The notes under the pieces were generated by a model. That model ran no database searches and was not told where the DNA came from. It worked only from the letters and a program-made list of their open reading frames with translations. Both the position numbers and the translations under genes were made by a program. Of a stretch of 64,000 nucleotides of DNA, positions 26,983 through 37,154 are shown in pieces; within the stretch, counting starts at the first letter, position 1, and the number at the start of each line of letters is the position of its first letter. The DNA is from an uncultured Chloroflexia bacterium (GTDB taxonomy: Bacteria > Chloroflexota > Ktedonobacteria > Ktedonobacterales > Ktedonobacteraceae). The stretch spans positions 941,807 to 1,005,806 of the forward strand of contig CAWBTV010000007.1 of assembly GCA_963791835.1 (NCBI GenBank), read 5' to 3'.

Positions 26983-27791
26983 GTCAAGAATATTCCAGTA
27001 GCAAACGTACAAGACGGACAGCACGCTCACAACGCAACAAGCCTGTTCTTGTCACAGCTTCAAACAACGACACAGATAATGGCGAGATTGAGAACTCTGC
27101 GGTAAGTACTGCAACGATTGCTGAGCCGAAACCGCTTCTCGTTCCCACACCAGAGCCAATTGAGAAGCCAGCACGCAAGTTACCGGGCTTCTTCTCTACG
27201 GTAAAAAAGAGTGAGCAAGACACAACACCAAAAGAGGCAGAGGTTGTACAAGCACGTCTTGCGCGTGCGACGCGAGGCAAGACACCTGTGGAAGCGACTG
27301 GAACGGTTCCTGCCAAAACGAGTAAAAGTCCCGTTGTTGAAGGAAAAAGCGGTACTTCAACTCCTGCGGCCACCAAACCAAAGGGTTTGTTTAAGACGCG
27401 CTACATCATCGGCATGGGCGTGTACCTGATCGCGGCAGATTTTCTAGGGCTATATGAGCAAAAGTTTTTGCAGTATCTTGGCCTGGAAAAAGAATTGACG
27501 CAGTTTAACCTTTTCGGCGGCACGTTGCACGTAAACACATCAACGATTGTGTTTTTGGCATCCCTCGTCATTATTCTTGTTCTTCTCGCACGCTTCGACC
27601 TCATTCCTCGCAGTCTTGGCGGTGCCACCGCCGCACAAAGACGCGCCGGTCAAACACAAACAAAAAACACTGGTACAACCACGACCGGGGAACGGGTTAT
27701 ACCGCCAACGGTGCGTCAAGGCGTCAAAGGCTCCGACGATACACTTTACCAACAGTATCGAACCAGCCAGCGCCGCCAGAAAAAGAGATAA
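26979..27791 (+). CDS. Hypothetical membrane protein with about 130-aa disordered N-terminal region
   Basis: ATGA overlap with the upstream gene. Two TM helices. Basic low-complexity N- and C-termini. Confidence 0.5.
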   Translation: MSQEYSSSKRTRRTARSQRNKPVLVTASNNDTDNGEIENSAVSTATIAEPKPLLVPTPEPIEKPARKLPGFFSTVKKSEQDTTPKEAEVVQARLARATRGKTPVEATGTVPAKTSKSPVVEGKSGTSTPAATKPKGLFKTRYIIGMGVYLIAADFLGLYEQKFLQYLGLEKELTQFNLFGGTLHVNTSTIVFLASLVIILVLLARFDLIPRSLGGATAAQRRAGQTQTKNTGTTTTGERVIPPTVRQGVKGSDDTLYQQYRTSQRRQKKR

Positions 27792-27792
27792 C

Positions 27793-27857
27793 AAAAGAGC
27801 AGAGAGTGTACATTATGTCCTGATTCTCAGGACATAATGTACACTCTCTGCTCTTTT
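27793..27857. terminator. 65-bp perfect palindrome (31-bp arms) one nt after the stop codon
   Basis: aaaagagcagagagtgtacattatgtcctga-ttc-tcaggacataatgtacactctctgctctttt. Confidence 0.7.
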
Positions 27858-28009
27858 GGAAAATTATACTTGACTTATTTGGAGAGGGTCTCTATAATCA
27901 AAATAGAGACCAAAAAAGATATGGTCAAGAAAGCACACGGACTTATAAAAATGCTCAGCTACAAACAACCAGTACAACAGAATAGCTTTTATTATTGGTT
28001 TAGCCCCCC

Positions 28010-28098
28010 AGCATGATGGTGGGCCTTTTTAGGCTGAGCGACAAACACCACCAGCGTGCTGGGAAAGCAGAGGAAAACAACCTCTGCTTTTTTGTTTC
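28010..28098 (+). promoter_or_regulatory. Structured 5' leader upstream of DAHP synthase: 15-bp long-range stem plus intrinsic terminator (gcagagg-aaaacaa-cctctgc-TTTTTT)
   Basis: ccagcatgatggtgg pairs with ccaccagcgtgctgg (one mismatch, one G-U). The terminator hairpin at 28066-28098 lies about 55 nt before the start codon. Confidence 0.4.
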
Positions 28099-28150
28099 TC
28101 AAAATTTGTACAGGGTTTAACGCCCACAACATGAAAAGAGGATTTATTCC

Positions 28151-29215
28151 ATGATTATCACCATTCGTAGCCAGGCCACAAGCGAAGAACGTACTCAACT
28201 CATGACGCAGGTATGCCGCGTCACAGGCAGTCTACATCCCATCACAACCACTATCATGGATGGACATGAGTTGATCGTCCTTGACGGCACATGCCTTGAC
28301 CGTGAAGCACAGACGCACTTGAGCGAGCAAGCAGCAGTCGAGCGTATCACACGCGTTAAAACAGCCTATAAGCTGGTAAGCCGTGCATTCAAGGCCGAAG
28401 ACACTCGTGTGCTTATCGGTACAGGTCATGACTGCGAGCAGGTGATCATTGGGAACGCAACACCCACCATTATCGCGGGTCCGTGTGCGGTCGAGAACAG
28501 GGAACAGCTTTTACATACCGCTCATGAGGTCAAACATGCAGGTGCGCATGTCCTGCGTGGTGGTGCCTTCAAGCCACGCACTTCACCCTATCAGTTCCAG
28601 GGACTCGGTATCGAAGGGTTGCATCTTTTAGCAGAGGCACGTAATGCAACTGGCTTGCCCATTATCACAGAGGTGATGGAGCCAGATTTGGTTGACGCAG
28701 TTGCTCAGCACGCCGACATTCTGCAAATTGGTAGTCGTAACATGCAAAACTTCCCCTTGCTCCTCGCCGCCGGACGCCATGCCGAGAGACGACCCGTTCT
28801 ATTGAAGCGTGGACTCTCTGCAACGATTGACGAATGGTTATTGGCGGCAGAGTACATTGTCGCGGCGGGCAATCCGAACGTGATTCTATGCGAACGAGGT
28901 ATCCGCAGCTACGATCAGCAAACGCGTAACGTCCTCGACCTCTCCTGTGTTCCCTTGCTCCACGAACTGACACATCTGCCCATCATTGTCGATCCCAGTC
29001 ATGCCACTGGAAAACGTGAGCTTGTGCCTACGATGTCACGTGCAAGTATCGCGGCTGGAGCCAATGGCCTCATCATTGAGGTGCATCAAGACCCCAATAG
29101 TGCGCTTTGCGATGGTCGGCAATCCATCACCCCCGAACAATTGCAAAAAATCGTGCGCGAAACAAGGATGTTGACTGCCATGATGCGCGAAGTAGTCATG
29201 GCGAATGTGGCATAA
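28151..29215 (+). CDS. aroF: 3-deoxy-7-phosphoheptulonate (DAHP) synthase, type I-beta, with about 95-aa N-terminal regulatory extension
   Basis: [28 protein letters not shown] motifs of the KDO8PS-like DAHP synthases. The N-terminal extra domain resembles the Thermotoga-type regulatory domain. Confidence 0.85.
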   Translation: MIITIRSQATSEERTQLMTQVCRVTGSLHPITTTIMDGHELIVLDGTCLDREAQTHLSEQAAVERITRVKTAYKLVSRAFKAEDTRVLIGTGHDCEQVIIGNATPTIIAGPCAVENREQLLHTAHEVKHAGAHVLRGGAFKPRTSPYQFQGLGIEGLHLLAEARNATGLPIITEVMEPDLVDAVAQHADILQIGSRNMQNFPLLLAAGRHAERRPVLLKRGLSATIDEWLLAAEYIVAAGNPNVILCERGIRSYDQQTRNVLDLSCVPLLHELTHLPIIVDPSHATGKRELVPTMSRASIAAGANGLIIEVHQDPNSALCDGRQSITPEQLQKIVRETRMLTAMMREVVMANVA

Positions 29216-29241
29216 ACAGGCACGTAAAGCGAGTTCACTAA

Positions 29242-29341
29242 CATGACAGGGGCAAGCCCAGTCACTACTATACACGGAACCGCCTGGCTTCGCCCCACAG
29301 GGGCGAACAGTATAGTAGTGACTGGGCTTGCCCCTGTCATG
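29242..29341. mobile_element. MITE-like element, family C (CATGACAGGGGCAAGCCCAGTCACTACTATAC terminal repeats)
   Basis: 32-nt terminal inverted repeats. Further copies at 50119-50205 and 54480-54578. Confidence 0.75.
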
Positions 29342-29482
29342 TTGGCAACATCGGCTTCAACAGCTTTTACATGTCGATTTTCTCTCGACTCATCTTAAAC
29401 AGTATGATATACTCTGTGTACGTAGAGAGGGATTGTTTGTAATACTTGGTCGGGATAGACCAAAGGCTTTGAGGTGAACACG

Positions 29483-30055
29483 ATGCCAACACGGATTATT
29501 ATCGCGGATGATGAGACAATTCAGCGCATGGACTTGAAAGATGTGCTGACCAAGCAGGGCTACCTCGTGGTCGGGGAGGCAGGAGACGGTTTGAGTGCTG
29601 TCAATTTAGCCCGTGAACTACGACCGGACCTGATTATCATGGATATTCGGATGCCCGACATGGACGGCATTGCTGCCGCCGAAACACTCACACAAGAAAA
29701 GATTGCACCAGTGTTGTTGCTCACAGCCTTCGGGGACTTACCTCTTGTTGAACGCGCTAAAGAAGCAGGCGTTGTCAACTATATCGTGAAACCGTTGCGT
29801 GAAAGTGAAGTCACACCAGCTATTGAAGTGGCTCTTGCACGCTATAATGAGTTTCGTGCGCTCGAAGAGAAGACGCGTACTCTCAGCGAACAGCTAGAGA
29901 CACGCAAGATCGTCGAGCGAGCGAAGGGTCTCCTCATGGAAAAGCAAGGCTTATCTGAGTCAGATGCATTCCGTAAGATTCAGCGAGCGAGCATGAACAA
30001 TCGCAAGTCAATGCGTGAAGTTGCGGAGGCCATCCTCCTCACCAACGAAATGTAA
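29483..30055 (+). CDS. ANTAR-domain response regulator (REC + ANTAR RNA-binding antiterminator), no adjacent histidine kinase
   Basis: REC domain (IIIADDE...DLIIMDIRMPDMDG). C-terminal ANTAR (KIVERAKGLLMEKQGLSESDAFRKIQRASMNNRKSMREVAEAIL). Confidence 0.8.
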   Translation: MPTRIIIADDETIQRMDLKDVLTKQGYLVVGEAGDGLSAVNLARELRPDLIIMDIRMPDMDGIAAAETLTQEKIAPVLLLTAFGDLPLVERAKEAGVVNYIVKPLRESEVTPAIEVALARYNEFRALEEKTRTLSEQLETRKIVERAKGLLMEKQGLSESDAFRKIQRASMNNRKSMREVAEAILLTNEM

Positions 30056-30136
30056 AACAATGTATGTGTAGCAATGGTGCTACACATCTTGTAAGGACCG
30101 ATGATACGCTTTGATACATTCATAAGGTACGTCGCC

Positions 30137-30207
30137 TGTAGGGACCGATTTATCGCGTCCTCTTGCGATATCAATTATCGGTGAGGACGCGATAAATCGG
30201 TCCCATT
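30137..30207. mobile_element. MITE-like element, family A
   Basis: gtagggaccgatttatcgcgtcc...ggacgcgataaatcggtccc. Confidence 0.7.
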
Positions 30208-30234
30208 ATATATACAAATAGAGATTGAGCAACT

Positions 30235-31185
30235 ATGTCATTGGCAACGAGTATAGAAAATACCGTGATCGTTACTGGCATTCGTTTCCGTCCTGCTGGG
30301 CGCATCTACCATTTTGATCCGCAGGGCCAAACGTATGCTACAGGTCAGTTTGTTATTGTCGAGACGGTACGCGGTGTTGAGGCTGGTCGTGTGGTGATTG
30401 CCGCAAAAAAAATGGCTGAAAGCGACCTCAGTGACCCACTTAAACCTATCCTGCGCCTGGCAACTGAAGACGAATTACGTATGATGCTTTCCTTCAAAAG
30501 TAAAGAGAAAGAGGCTATCGTGCGTTGTGGTGAGCGTATCGTGCAGCATCAGTTGCCAATGAAGCTAGTCGAGGCCGAATACACGTTTGATGGGAGTCGC
30601 TTGACCTTTTACTTTACAGCCGAAGAACGTGTTGATTTCCGTGCGCTCGTGCGTGATCTTGCGGCGACATTTCGCACACGTATCGAACTACGTCAAATTG
30701 GGGCACGCGATCAGGCCAAGCAACAGGGAGGAGTGGGACCATGTGGAAAAACGCTCTGTTGCAGTTCCTGGATTACAGACTTTGGCGTTGTCTCAATTAA
30801 AATGGCAAAGGAACAAGGGCTACCGCTCAACCCCTCAAAAATATCTGGTGTCTGTGGTCGGCTCTTGTGTTGCCTTTCCTATGAGAACGATAACTATATT
30901 CAGGCGAAACAACAAATGCCACAAATTGGGGCGATGCTTCCAACACCCGATGGGCCGGGGAAAGTTATTTCAGTCAACGTTCCTAAAGATTTAGTGGACG
31001 TAATGCTCGAAAGCGGAGCCATTATTCAAGTACCAGTCAATCCAGCAGTAGTTACAGACTCGGTAGCAAGTAAAGTAGGCGGTTGTGGTTCATGTGGTAG
31101 TGGCGGTTCGTGTGGTAGCGGCGGTTGTGGCACAGGGGGCGGTGGTTGTGGCTCCTGTGGTGTCAAAAAGAAGCTTCAGGTCTAA
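30235..31185 (+). CDS. PSP1-domain protein (YaaT/RicT-like) with Cys/Gly/Ser-rich C-terminal tail
   Basis: PSP1 C-terminal domain pattern with conserved cysteines (GPCGKTLCCSSW...CGRLLCCLSYE). Tail GGCGSCGSGGSCGSGGCGTGGGGCGSCG. Confidence 0.7.
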   Translation: MSLATSIENTVIVTGIRFRPAGRIYHFDPQGQTYATGQFVIVETVRGVEAGRVVIAAKKMAESDLSDPLKPILRLATEDELRMMLSFKSKEKEAIVRCGERIVQHQLPMKLVEAEYTFDGSRLTFYFTAEERVDFRALVRDLAATFRTRIELRQIGARDQAKQQGGVGPCGKTLCCSSWITDFGVVSIKMAKEQGLPLNPSKISGVCGRLLCCLSYENDNYIQAKQQMPQIGAMLPTPDGPGKVISVNVPKDLVDVMLESGAIIQVPVNPAVVTDSVASKVGGCGSCGSGGSCGSGGCGTGGGGCGSCGVKKKLQV

Positions 31186-31217
31186 CAAGAGAAGACGAGA
31201 GAAAGGTATACACGCTC

Positions 31218-32783
31218 ATGCCTTTAGACAGGAAAGACTCAGGCTCTACCTGGCAAGCTCCTCCAACATATAAGAACACTGAGTTTCAGCCAGACGCGCC
31301 CTGGGAACCAGACGACGATGAAATGGATATTCCATCAATTCAGCAGGAACAGGAAATTCCAACGGTTCCAACAGCTATCAATAGCATTCATATTGGAGCA
31401 AACGACCCGGTTGAAAACGAAAGTGAAGAAGCAGTGACCACTGGACGCACTGCACTCATGAGCCAGATTGGTCGTTATTCCTCATTCATCTTGGCCCCAC
31501 TGCTCTTTGCGGGGCTTACCAGTCTGATTGTGTTGCCAACAGTCGCTATTGGTCGTGCCAATTTACCACCGTCAACACTTTTCCCCCTTGCAATTATTAT
31601 CCTGGCGATTGCCCTTGCTCAGGGTGTCGCAACGTATTATACTGATACCACAAGCGGTTTATGGGCTATTTATACTGTTGCAGGCTTTTTCCTTTTTATG
31701 CTTGTCGGCTGTTTCGCGCTCTTTGGTGCCGTTCCGGGTATCATTCTCCTACTCATCCTTGTCGTTCTCTCTATTTTTCTCGCACGACGCTACATTCATC
31801 CAGTGGCAGAGGAATATGTGGATATTGTGCGCTCATTTGGAAAATACAAGCGCACACTCTACCCAGGCTTCAATATCCTGTTGCCGTGGGAGCAAATTTC
31901 GCATCATCTGAGTACGGCTGAAACAATTTGGAAAACGCCTATACAGCGTGTGCAGATGACACGTGACGAGGATGTTGTATTGCGTGGCAGTATGAGCTAC
32001 CAACTATTGCCAGAAGATGCGTATCTTGTGACAGGTGTAAAAAACTGGGAAGAGAGTTTACAAGACATTTTCGTCGCATCACTACAATTAGTTGCGAAGA
32101 CCTTTACACCCGAAGATTTCATTGCATGGCCTCAGGGGATGTATACTCGTCCTACACACGGAAGCGCGATGCCCCTTTCTGAGGGTGAAACTCGCTGGGA
32201 ACAGGTCAATGGGCAAGTCTTGCAGCGAGTGCGAGACCGTGCCGCACTTTGGGGTGTGCAGATTAACGAGGTTCGCCTCTATGATATTGCTCTTGCTCCA
32301 CATGGGCATGGATTACAAGATGAAATAACAGAGCCAATCGCACCAAAAAAGGGAGGAGCGGCGATTCCTCAACAGGCAGCGCCTGCGTTTCAGCCAGTTC
32401 CTCATCCTCAGCCAGTAGCGGTACAGCCACCACAACCCAAGCAGCCTACACCACCACAGCAAGCGGTAGCGAATGTCCAGGTTCCAAAGGGGCTAAAAGA
32501 AGAGACGTTACGTAAAGCATACACCGAAGTAAAGAATGGGAATATCAAAGAACCGGAAACCATTCGCAACCTTGCGGCCCAATTTGAAGCCGTTGCCAAT
32601 AATCCAGAACTGAATAACGCGTTTACCTTTGATGCAAGAAGAGCGGCGATTAACTTGTATGCGGAGGCAGATAGACGACAGGAAGAGGAAGAAGCCAATG
32701 CTGGTACGCTCTTCACGGATGAAACAAAAGTTGATTGGCCCAGACGCCGTGCGACCGATGAAAATATCATGAGTGGGGGGTAG
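31218..32783 (+). CDS. SPFH/band-7 domain membrane protein with Pro/Gln-rich C-terminal region
   Basis: N-terminal TM helices. SPFH-like VRDRAALWGVQINEVRLYDI. Start set at ATG 31218, downstream of the preceding gene's stop. Confidence 0.6.
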   Translation: MPLDRKDSGSTWQAPPTYKNTEFQPDAPWEPDDDEMDIPSIQQEQEIPTVPTAINSIHIGANDPVENESEEAVTTGRTALMSQIGRYSSFILAPLLFAGLTSLIVLPTVAIGRANLPPSTLFPLAIIILAIALAQGVATYYTDTTSGLWAIYTVAGFFLFMLVGCFALFGAVPGIILLLILVVLSIFLARRYIHPVAEEYVDIVRSFGKYKRTLYPGFNILLPWEQISHHLSTAETIWKTPIQRVQMTRDEDVVLRGSMSYQLLPEDAYLVTGVKNWEESLQDIFVASLQLVAKTFTPEDFIAWPQGMYTRPTHGSAMPLSEGETRWEQVNGQVLQRVRDRAALWGVQINEVRLYDIALAPHGHGLQDEITEPIAPKKGGAAIPQQAAPAFQPVPHPQPVAVQPPQPKQPTPPQQAVANVQVPKGLKEETLRKAYTEVKNGNIKEPETIRNLAAQFEAVANNPELNNAFTFDARRAAINLYAEADRRQEEEEANAGTLFTDETKVDWPRRRATDENIMSGG

Positions 32784-32846
32784 CTATCGACGCAATAAAA
32801 TACGCGTGTGCTTTGGCACACGCGTATTTTATTGCGTCGATAGCTA
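32781..32846. terminator. 66-bp perfect palindrome (31-bp arms) running exactly from the TAG stop of the + gene to the CTA (TAG) stop of the convergent - gene
   Basis: tagctatcgacgcaataaaatacgcgtgtgc-tttg-gcacacgcgtattttattgcgtcgatagcta. Confidence 0.8.
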
Positions 32847-33365
32847 CTTTTTCACAAGTGTCGAAGCAACCTTTTCGGCGTTCCCTTCGTCCATCGTGCG
32901 GAGAGCGGCAACGGCTTCATTCGAGATAACTTTGCTTACTTCGGGATCAAACACCACGTCGTCACGCTTGCAATAGCGAAGTTTGTTCCAGGCAGCCGTA
33001 GCACGATCCCAGGCAGGGAAACGCTCTGTTGCCTCGGCATCACCCTTGACGACCCGTTGGAAAGCGTTGTAGGAAACAACAAGCGCGGTCACAATACTGA
33101 TGAATGTTAAAGCGACAAGCACAATCATCCAGAATGGATTCAGGCTTGCTTCCAACCCTCCAATCAGCACAATGATAAGAAAGATGCAAATACCTACGAG
33201 GACGCCACACGCGATGATATATGGCATCATTGATATGTTTCTTGTTGGCATATCTGGTGGCGCAGCACGCGACACACCTGATTCATATGCGGCCTGCATC
33301 GTCATGACCATATCATTTTGATGACATACAGGACAGGTTGGTTTTTCTGCTTCAGTCGTTGCCAT
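32844..33365 (-). CDS. Hypothetical membrane protein with N-terminal CxxC zinc-ribbon-like motif
   Basis: CPVCHQ motif. Two TM helices. No known family recognised. Confidence 0.5.
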   Translation of the reverse strand: MATTEAEKPTCPVCHQNDMVMTMQAAYESGVSRAAPPDMPTRNISMMPYIIACGVLVGICIFLIIVLIGGLEASLNPFWMIVLVALTFISIVTALVVSYNAFQRVVKGDAEATERFPAWDRATAAWNKLRYCKRDDVVFDPEVSKVISNEAVAALRTMDEGNAEKVASTLVKK

Positions 33366-33592
33366 AAAAAAATATACCTCCCTTATAGATGATACATACT
33401 GCTCGAACTGCTGATGAATATGTGGAGCAAAAGTTGCTCTGTTTTTCCTCTATCAAAGGTAGCATAACACGTTGTTGCGTTTTCGACAATGCTTTCTCTT
33501 CTCTGTGAAAGCTTGACAAGGGCAAAAAGATGTACTAGTGTACGCGTAGATGATAAGAACAAATGTTTGTTTGAAAAGGATGGCACGCTGGC

Positions 33593-35626
33593 ATGACCCT
33601 TCCGTCTTACCTCTTTTGTGATACGTGTGGCGCGGCAAATCGTGTACAGGCGACCTTTTGTAAGGCTTGTGGGCAATCTCTGCATATATCTATAACGAAT
33701 GGGACAACCAGTTCCTCTACACAGACAGGGCTTCTTTCACATCAACACGTGTTAAAACAACGCTATATAGTGCTCGCGCAGGTGGGACGTGGTGGCTTCG
33801 GTGCCGTCTACAAAGCGGCGGATACACAGTTTGGCAATCGGCTCGTAGCAATCAAAGAGATGAGCCAGAGCAATATGAATGCCCAAGAACTCCTGGAAGC
33901 CACGCTTTCATTCAAGCGCGAAGCCCTCATGCTAGCAGGACTCACGCATCCTAATTTGCCGCGTATCTATGAGCAGTTCACGGATAATGGACGCTCATAT
34001 CTTGTGATGGACTTTATTGATGGCAAGACACTAGAGCATCATCTCGCGGACCTGGGACACGCACGTCTTCCTATCACGAAAACGCTCACTATCGGCATAC
34101 AGCTCTGCGATGTCCTTAGCTATCTGCACTCACGTCAACCACCAATCATCTTCCGTGACCTGAAACCAGCCAATGTGATGCTCACTCTAACAGGCCATAT
34201 CTACCTGATTGATTTTGGTATCGCGCGTCACTTTAAACCCGGACAAAGCAAAGACACAAGCGCACTCGGCTCAACCGGCTATGCGGCACCAGAGCAGTAT
34301 GGCAAGTCCCAAACAACGGTTCGCGCCGACATTTACAGTCTTGGCGCAACATTACATCAGCTTGTTACAGGACATGATCCCTCGGACACACCGTTTACCT
34401 TTGCGCCCGTTGTTCTCAAAGATATGCCAACGTTGACTGGACTGGGTAGCTTGCTAGCAACTATGGTAAGTGTCGATATTAATAAACGACCTGCAACCAT
34501 TCTGGCGGTGAAACAAGAACTTCAACGCATTGCAACGCAACATCAACAAAGCCAATTCCAACCTATACGAAGTTCTCTTTCCGCTATCTATCAAGCACCT
34601 GCAACGCTCCCGAAAATGCCTGAAAAAGCGACAAGGAGTACTGTCGCGCCACAAATACCACCCATGTCGAACATGTTGTACACCTGCTATGGGCACGGGA
34701 GCCGTGTTACCGCGCTCGCATGGTCGCCTGATGGCAAGTGGCTCGCTTCAGCGAGTTATGACAAGACGGTGCGTGTATGGGATGCTATGAATGGCAAATA
34801 CCTCTTGACTTATAAGGAACATTCTGATCGTGTCAACGCTCTTGCATGGTCGCCGGATAGCACAAAACTTGTTTCAGCAAGCGATGATGGAACCGCACGC
34901 GTGTGGAACGCACTTACAGGAACTCCGGTAGTGGCCTATTACGGACATAACGGACCAGTTCATGCCCTTTCGTGGTCGCCAGCACAATCAGCATATGGGA
35001 ATGCACTCCCATCACACATTGCATCAGCTGGAACAGACAAAACGGTACATGTTTGGGAGAGTTCGCAGGGGACCAATCAGTATATCTTCCGTAACCATAC
35101 CGATGTAGTCTATACAGTCGCGTGGTCGCCTGATGGGAAACGTGTAGCTTCGGCAGGTGAGGATCGCGTGGTATACGTGTGGTATCCAGTCAAAGAGCAA
35201 CCAAAGAAGTCCTTTTTTACGACCCTGACCTCCTTGCTCTCCACGCAACGCGACGTACTGAAAATGGGGAGTCACGAAGGGCGTGTAAATGGTCTTGCAT
35301 GGTCGCCTGATAGTAAATATATTGCCTCAGCGAGTAGCGATCATTGGGTTCTTATTCGAGACGCCATAACTGGGACGACAGCGTATTCTTATGGTATTGG
35401 TAGAAAAGGCATGAAAAACTGTGTTGCATGGGCACCGAACGGAAAGCATATTGCCTCTGGTGGCAATGATAAAACGGTCGAGTTATGGAGTTTGGCAACA
35501 AAAAGCTCCAGTTTCGTCTATCATGGTCACATAGGCTATGTTACCTCGGTTGCGTGGTCGCCCGATAGTACGCGTATCGCGTCCGCTGGTGTTGACCGTA
35601 TCATACAAGTGTGGCAAGCAGTATAG
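33593..35626 (+). CDS. Ser/Thr protein kinase fused to N-terminal zinc ribbon and C-terminal WD40 beta-propeller
   Basis: CDTCGAANRVQATFCKACG. Hanks kinase motifs (VAIKEM, HRDLKPANVML, DFGIA, GSTGYAAPE). At least seven WD repeats (AWSPDGKWLASASYDKTVRVWD...). Confidence 0.85.
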   Translation: MTLPSYLFCDTCGAANRVQATFCKACGQSLHISITNGTTSSSTQTGLLSHQHVLKQRYIVLAQVGRGGFGAVYKAADTQFGNRLVAIKEMSQSNMNAQELLEATLSFKREALMLAGLTHPNLPRIYEQFTDNGRSYLVMDFIDGKTLEHHLADLGHARLPITKTLTIGIQLCDVLSYLHSRQPPIIFRDLKPANVMLTLTGHIYLIDFGIARHFKPGQSKDTSALGSTGYAAPEQYGKSQTTVRADIYSLGATLHQLVTGHDPSDTPFTFAPVVLKDMPTLTGLGSLLATMVSVDINKRPATILAVKQELQRIATQHQQSQFQPIRSSLSAIYQAPATLPKMPEKATRSTVAPQIPPMSNMLYTCYGHGSRVTALAWSPDGKWLASASYDKTVRVWDAMNGKYLLTYKEHSDRVNALAWSPDSTKLVSASDDGTARVWNALTGTPVVAYYGHNGPVHALSWSPAQSAYGNALPSHIASAGTDKTVHVWESSQGTNQYIFRNHTDVVYTVAWSPDGKRVASAGEDRVVYVWYPVKEQPKKSFFTTLTSLLSTQRDVLKMGSHEGRVNGLAWSPDSKYIASASSDHWVLIRDAITGTTAYSYGIGRKGMKNCVAWAPNGKHIASGGNDKTVELWSLATKSSSFVYHGHIGYVTSVAWSPDSTRIASAGVDRIIQVWQAV

Positions 35627-35633
35627 ATAATAG

Positions 35634-35990
35634 TCACAGTTCTATCGTGTAGCGAACAGGGCTTACGGACTCGATGAAGACGAACACTTTGTCACCAAGT
35701 TGTTGCTTCGGACGCATCTCTTGTGGCGCACTTTTGAAACTGTAAGATTGCTGCGTTTTCTCATCCACCCATAATGCATTCACAACCCACCCGTCGTGCC
35801 AGGTTGCATCTTCTAGCGTCACATGCGTTACTCTGGCAGGAACACAACCAACACAGGTACGTAACCTGTTCACTTTTCGCTTATGTTTATAGATGGCTCG
35901 GCCCACATAAAAACCAACAACTGGAACCATACTTGCAAGTAGCACAAGCAATGCCGTTGGCACGCCGAAACATAGGCTAGAAATAGCCAT
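35634..35990 (-). CDS. Small membrane-anchored protein (DUF3592-like)
   Basis: N-terminal TM then a beta-rich domain. ATG with AAAGGA RBS. Confidence 0.45.
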   Translation of the reverse strand: MAISSLCFGVPTALLVLLASMVPVVGFYVGRAIYKHKRKVNRLRTCVGCVPARVTHVTLEDATWHDGWVVNALWVDEKTQQSYSFKSAPQEMRPKQQLGDKVFVFIESVSPVRYTIEL

Positions 35991-36045
35991 ATCTATCCTT
36001 TCCGGGGCGAGTAGGAAGATGACGAGCATCTTCCTACTCGCTTAC

Positions 36046-37017
36046 TTATCCTCTTTTTTGAGCTTCGTTTTCTAACGTTGTCGTCATGTGTGCTCTCATT
36101 CGATCGATATGTCGAGACTCCATTAATGTTGTCACCTCGGCACGAAGTCGTTTATTTTCTTGCTCTAACTGCCCCGTTCGCATTAAACGTGTCAGAAGCA
36201 GGTTGAGCGAGTTACCAATTCGCCACAACATATTGTCTGAATTCATGTGAGCGCGAACGCTACGGTCTCCATTAGCAGCCTGCACTAATATCTGTGAAAG
36301 ATGTTGAACACCTTCGTCAAGATGGCGTTGACGCTCGACTTCGCGGTGCTGAAGTTCTACCTCTCGTTGCTGCAGCCGGGCAATCTCTTCCGCGCGGTCC
36401 GCACGTGCCAGAGCAACAAGGGCACTCCGTACCCAGATGAAGGAAACGATAGCCACAACAATTTGCAAGCCGATTGGTTGCGCGATAGCATTGAAACCCA
36501 TGCTAGAAGTTAACACCATGTGCAATTCATCTGTTTTTGGTTGAAACACGAGATCGGCAACAATAAATGTAATATTGCTGAGCGCAACGGGAAAAACGCT
36601 CATCGGAGGCAGGAGAGAGACAGCAATAAGTTCAGACACAATTAGCACATCAAAGGTTGGAAGATCACTTACACCTAACCCCATAGGCGTTGTGAGCAGC
36701 ATCAGACCACATCCAAGGTCTACCACAGCGATCAGAAGAATGCTTACGATCGTGACTTTGCCCATTTGATTGAACAGCAGAGCAATGGCGCACAAGGCTA
36801 GACCCAGGACAACAGTTCCAATGTCAGCTGGACTCTTCATCAGCACGGCCCCAGGCAAATCAATCAGTTGGAACAGCGCAATAACGAGAAGAATAGCATT
36901 CACAACCTGTTTACGATGTACTTGCTCGCGCAGAGTGCCATACATATTACGTGCCGTTGTCAGTGGCGTATACGAGTTCGCAGGAGTCGTGGTACGGTTT
37001 GTGAGTGGTAGTGCCAT
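36046..37017 (-). CDS. Hypothetical polytopic membrane protein with C-terminal coiled-coil
   Basis: Five or six TM helices followed by a REVELQHREVERQRHL heptad-rich region. Confidence 0.5.
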   Translation of the reverse strand: MALPLTNRTTTPANSYTPLTTARNMYGTLREQVHRKQVVNAILLVIALFQLIDLPGAVLMKSPADIGTVVLGLALCAIALLFNQMGKVTIVSILLIAVVDLGCGLMLLTTPMGLGVSDLPTFDVLIVSELIAVSLLPPMSVFPVALSNITFIVADLVFQPKTDELHMVLTSSMGFNAIAQPIGLQIVVAIVSFIWVRSALVALARADRAEEIARLQQREVELQHREVERQRHLDEGVQHLSQILVQAANGDRSVRAHMNSDNMLWRIGNSLNLLLTRLMRTGQLEQENKRLRAEVTTLMESRHIDRMRAHMTTTLENEAQKRG

Positions 37018-37154
37018 GATCTTTCTCCTTTTCTGTATGCTCTGAAAACATATGCAATACTTGCATGTCCTACTTTTGCTGATAGGTTGGCAAAAGTAGG
37101 ATATGTGTTCTCATGTAGAACGTCCACTTTCTTCACGAGAATATGGCTATCCGA

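Noticed and set aside
27860-28150. Possible T-box riboswitch upstream of the DAHP synthase
   Set aside because: No recognisable T-box consensus (AATTAGGGTGGNACCGCG) or specifier-loop architecture was found. Kept only as a generic structured-leader finding.
36046-37017. Assigning the membrane/coiled-coil protein as a histidine kinase partner for the orphan ANTAR regulator
   Set aside because: No HisKA/HATPase motifs (H-box, N, G1, G2) are present. It has only TM helices plus a coiled-coil.
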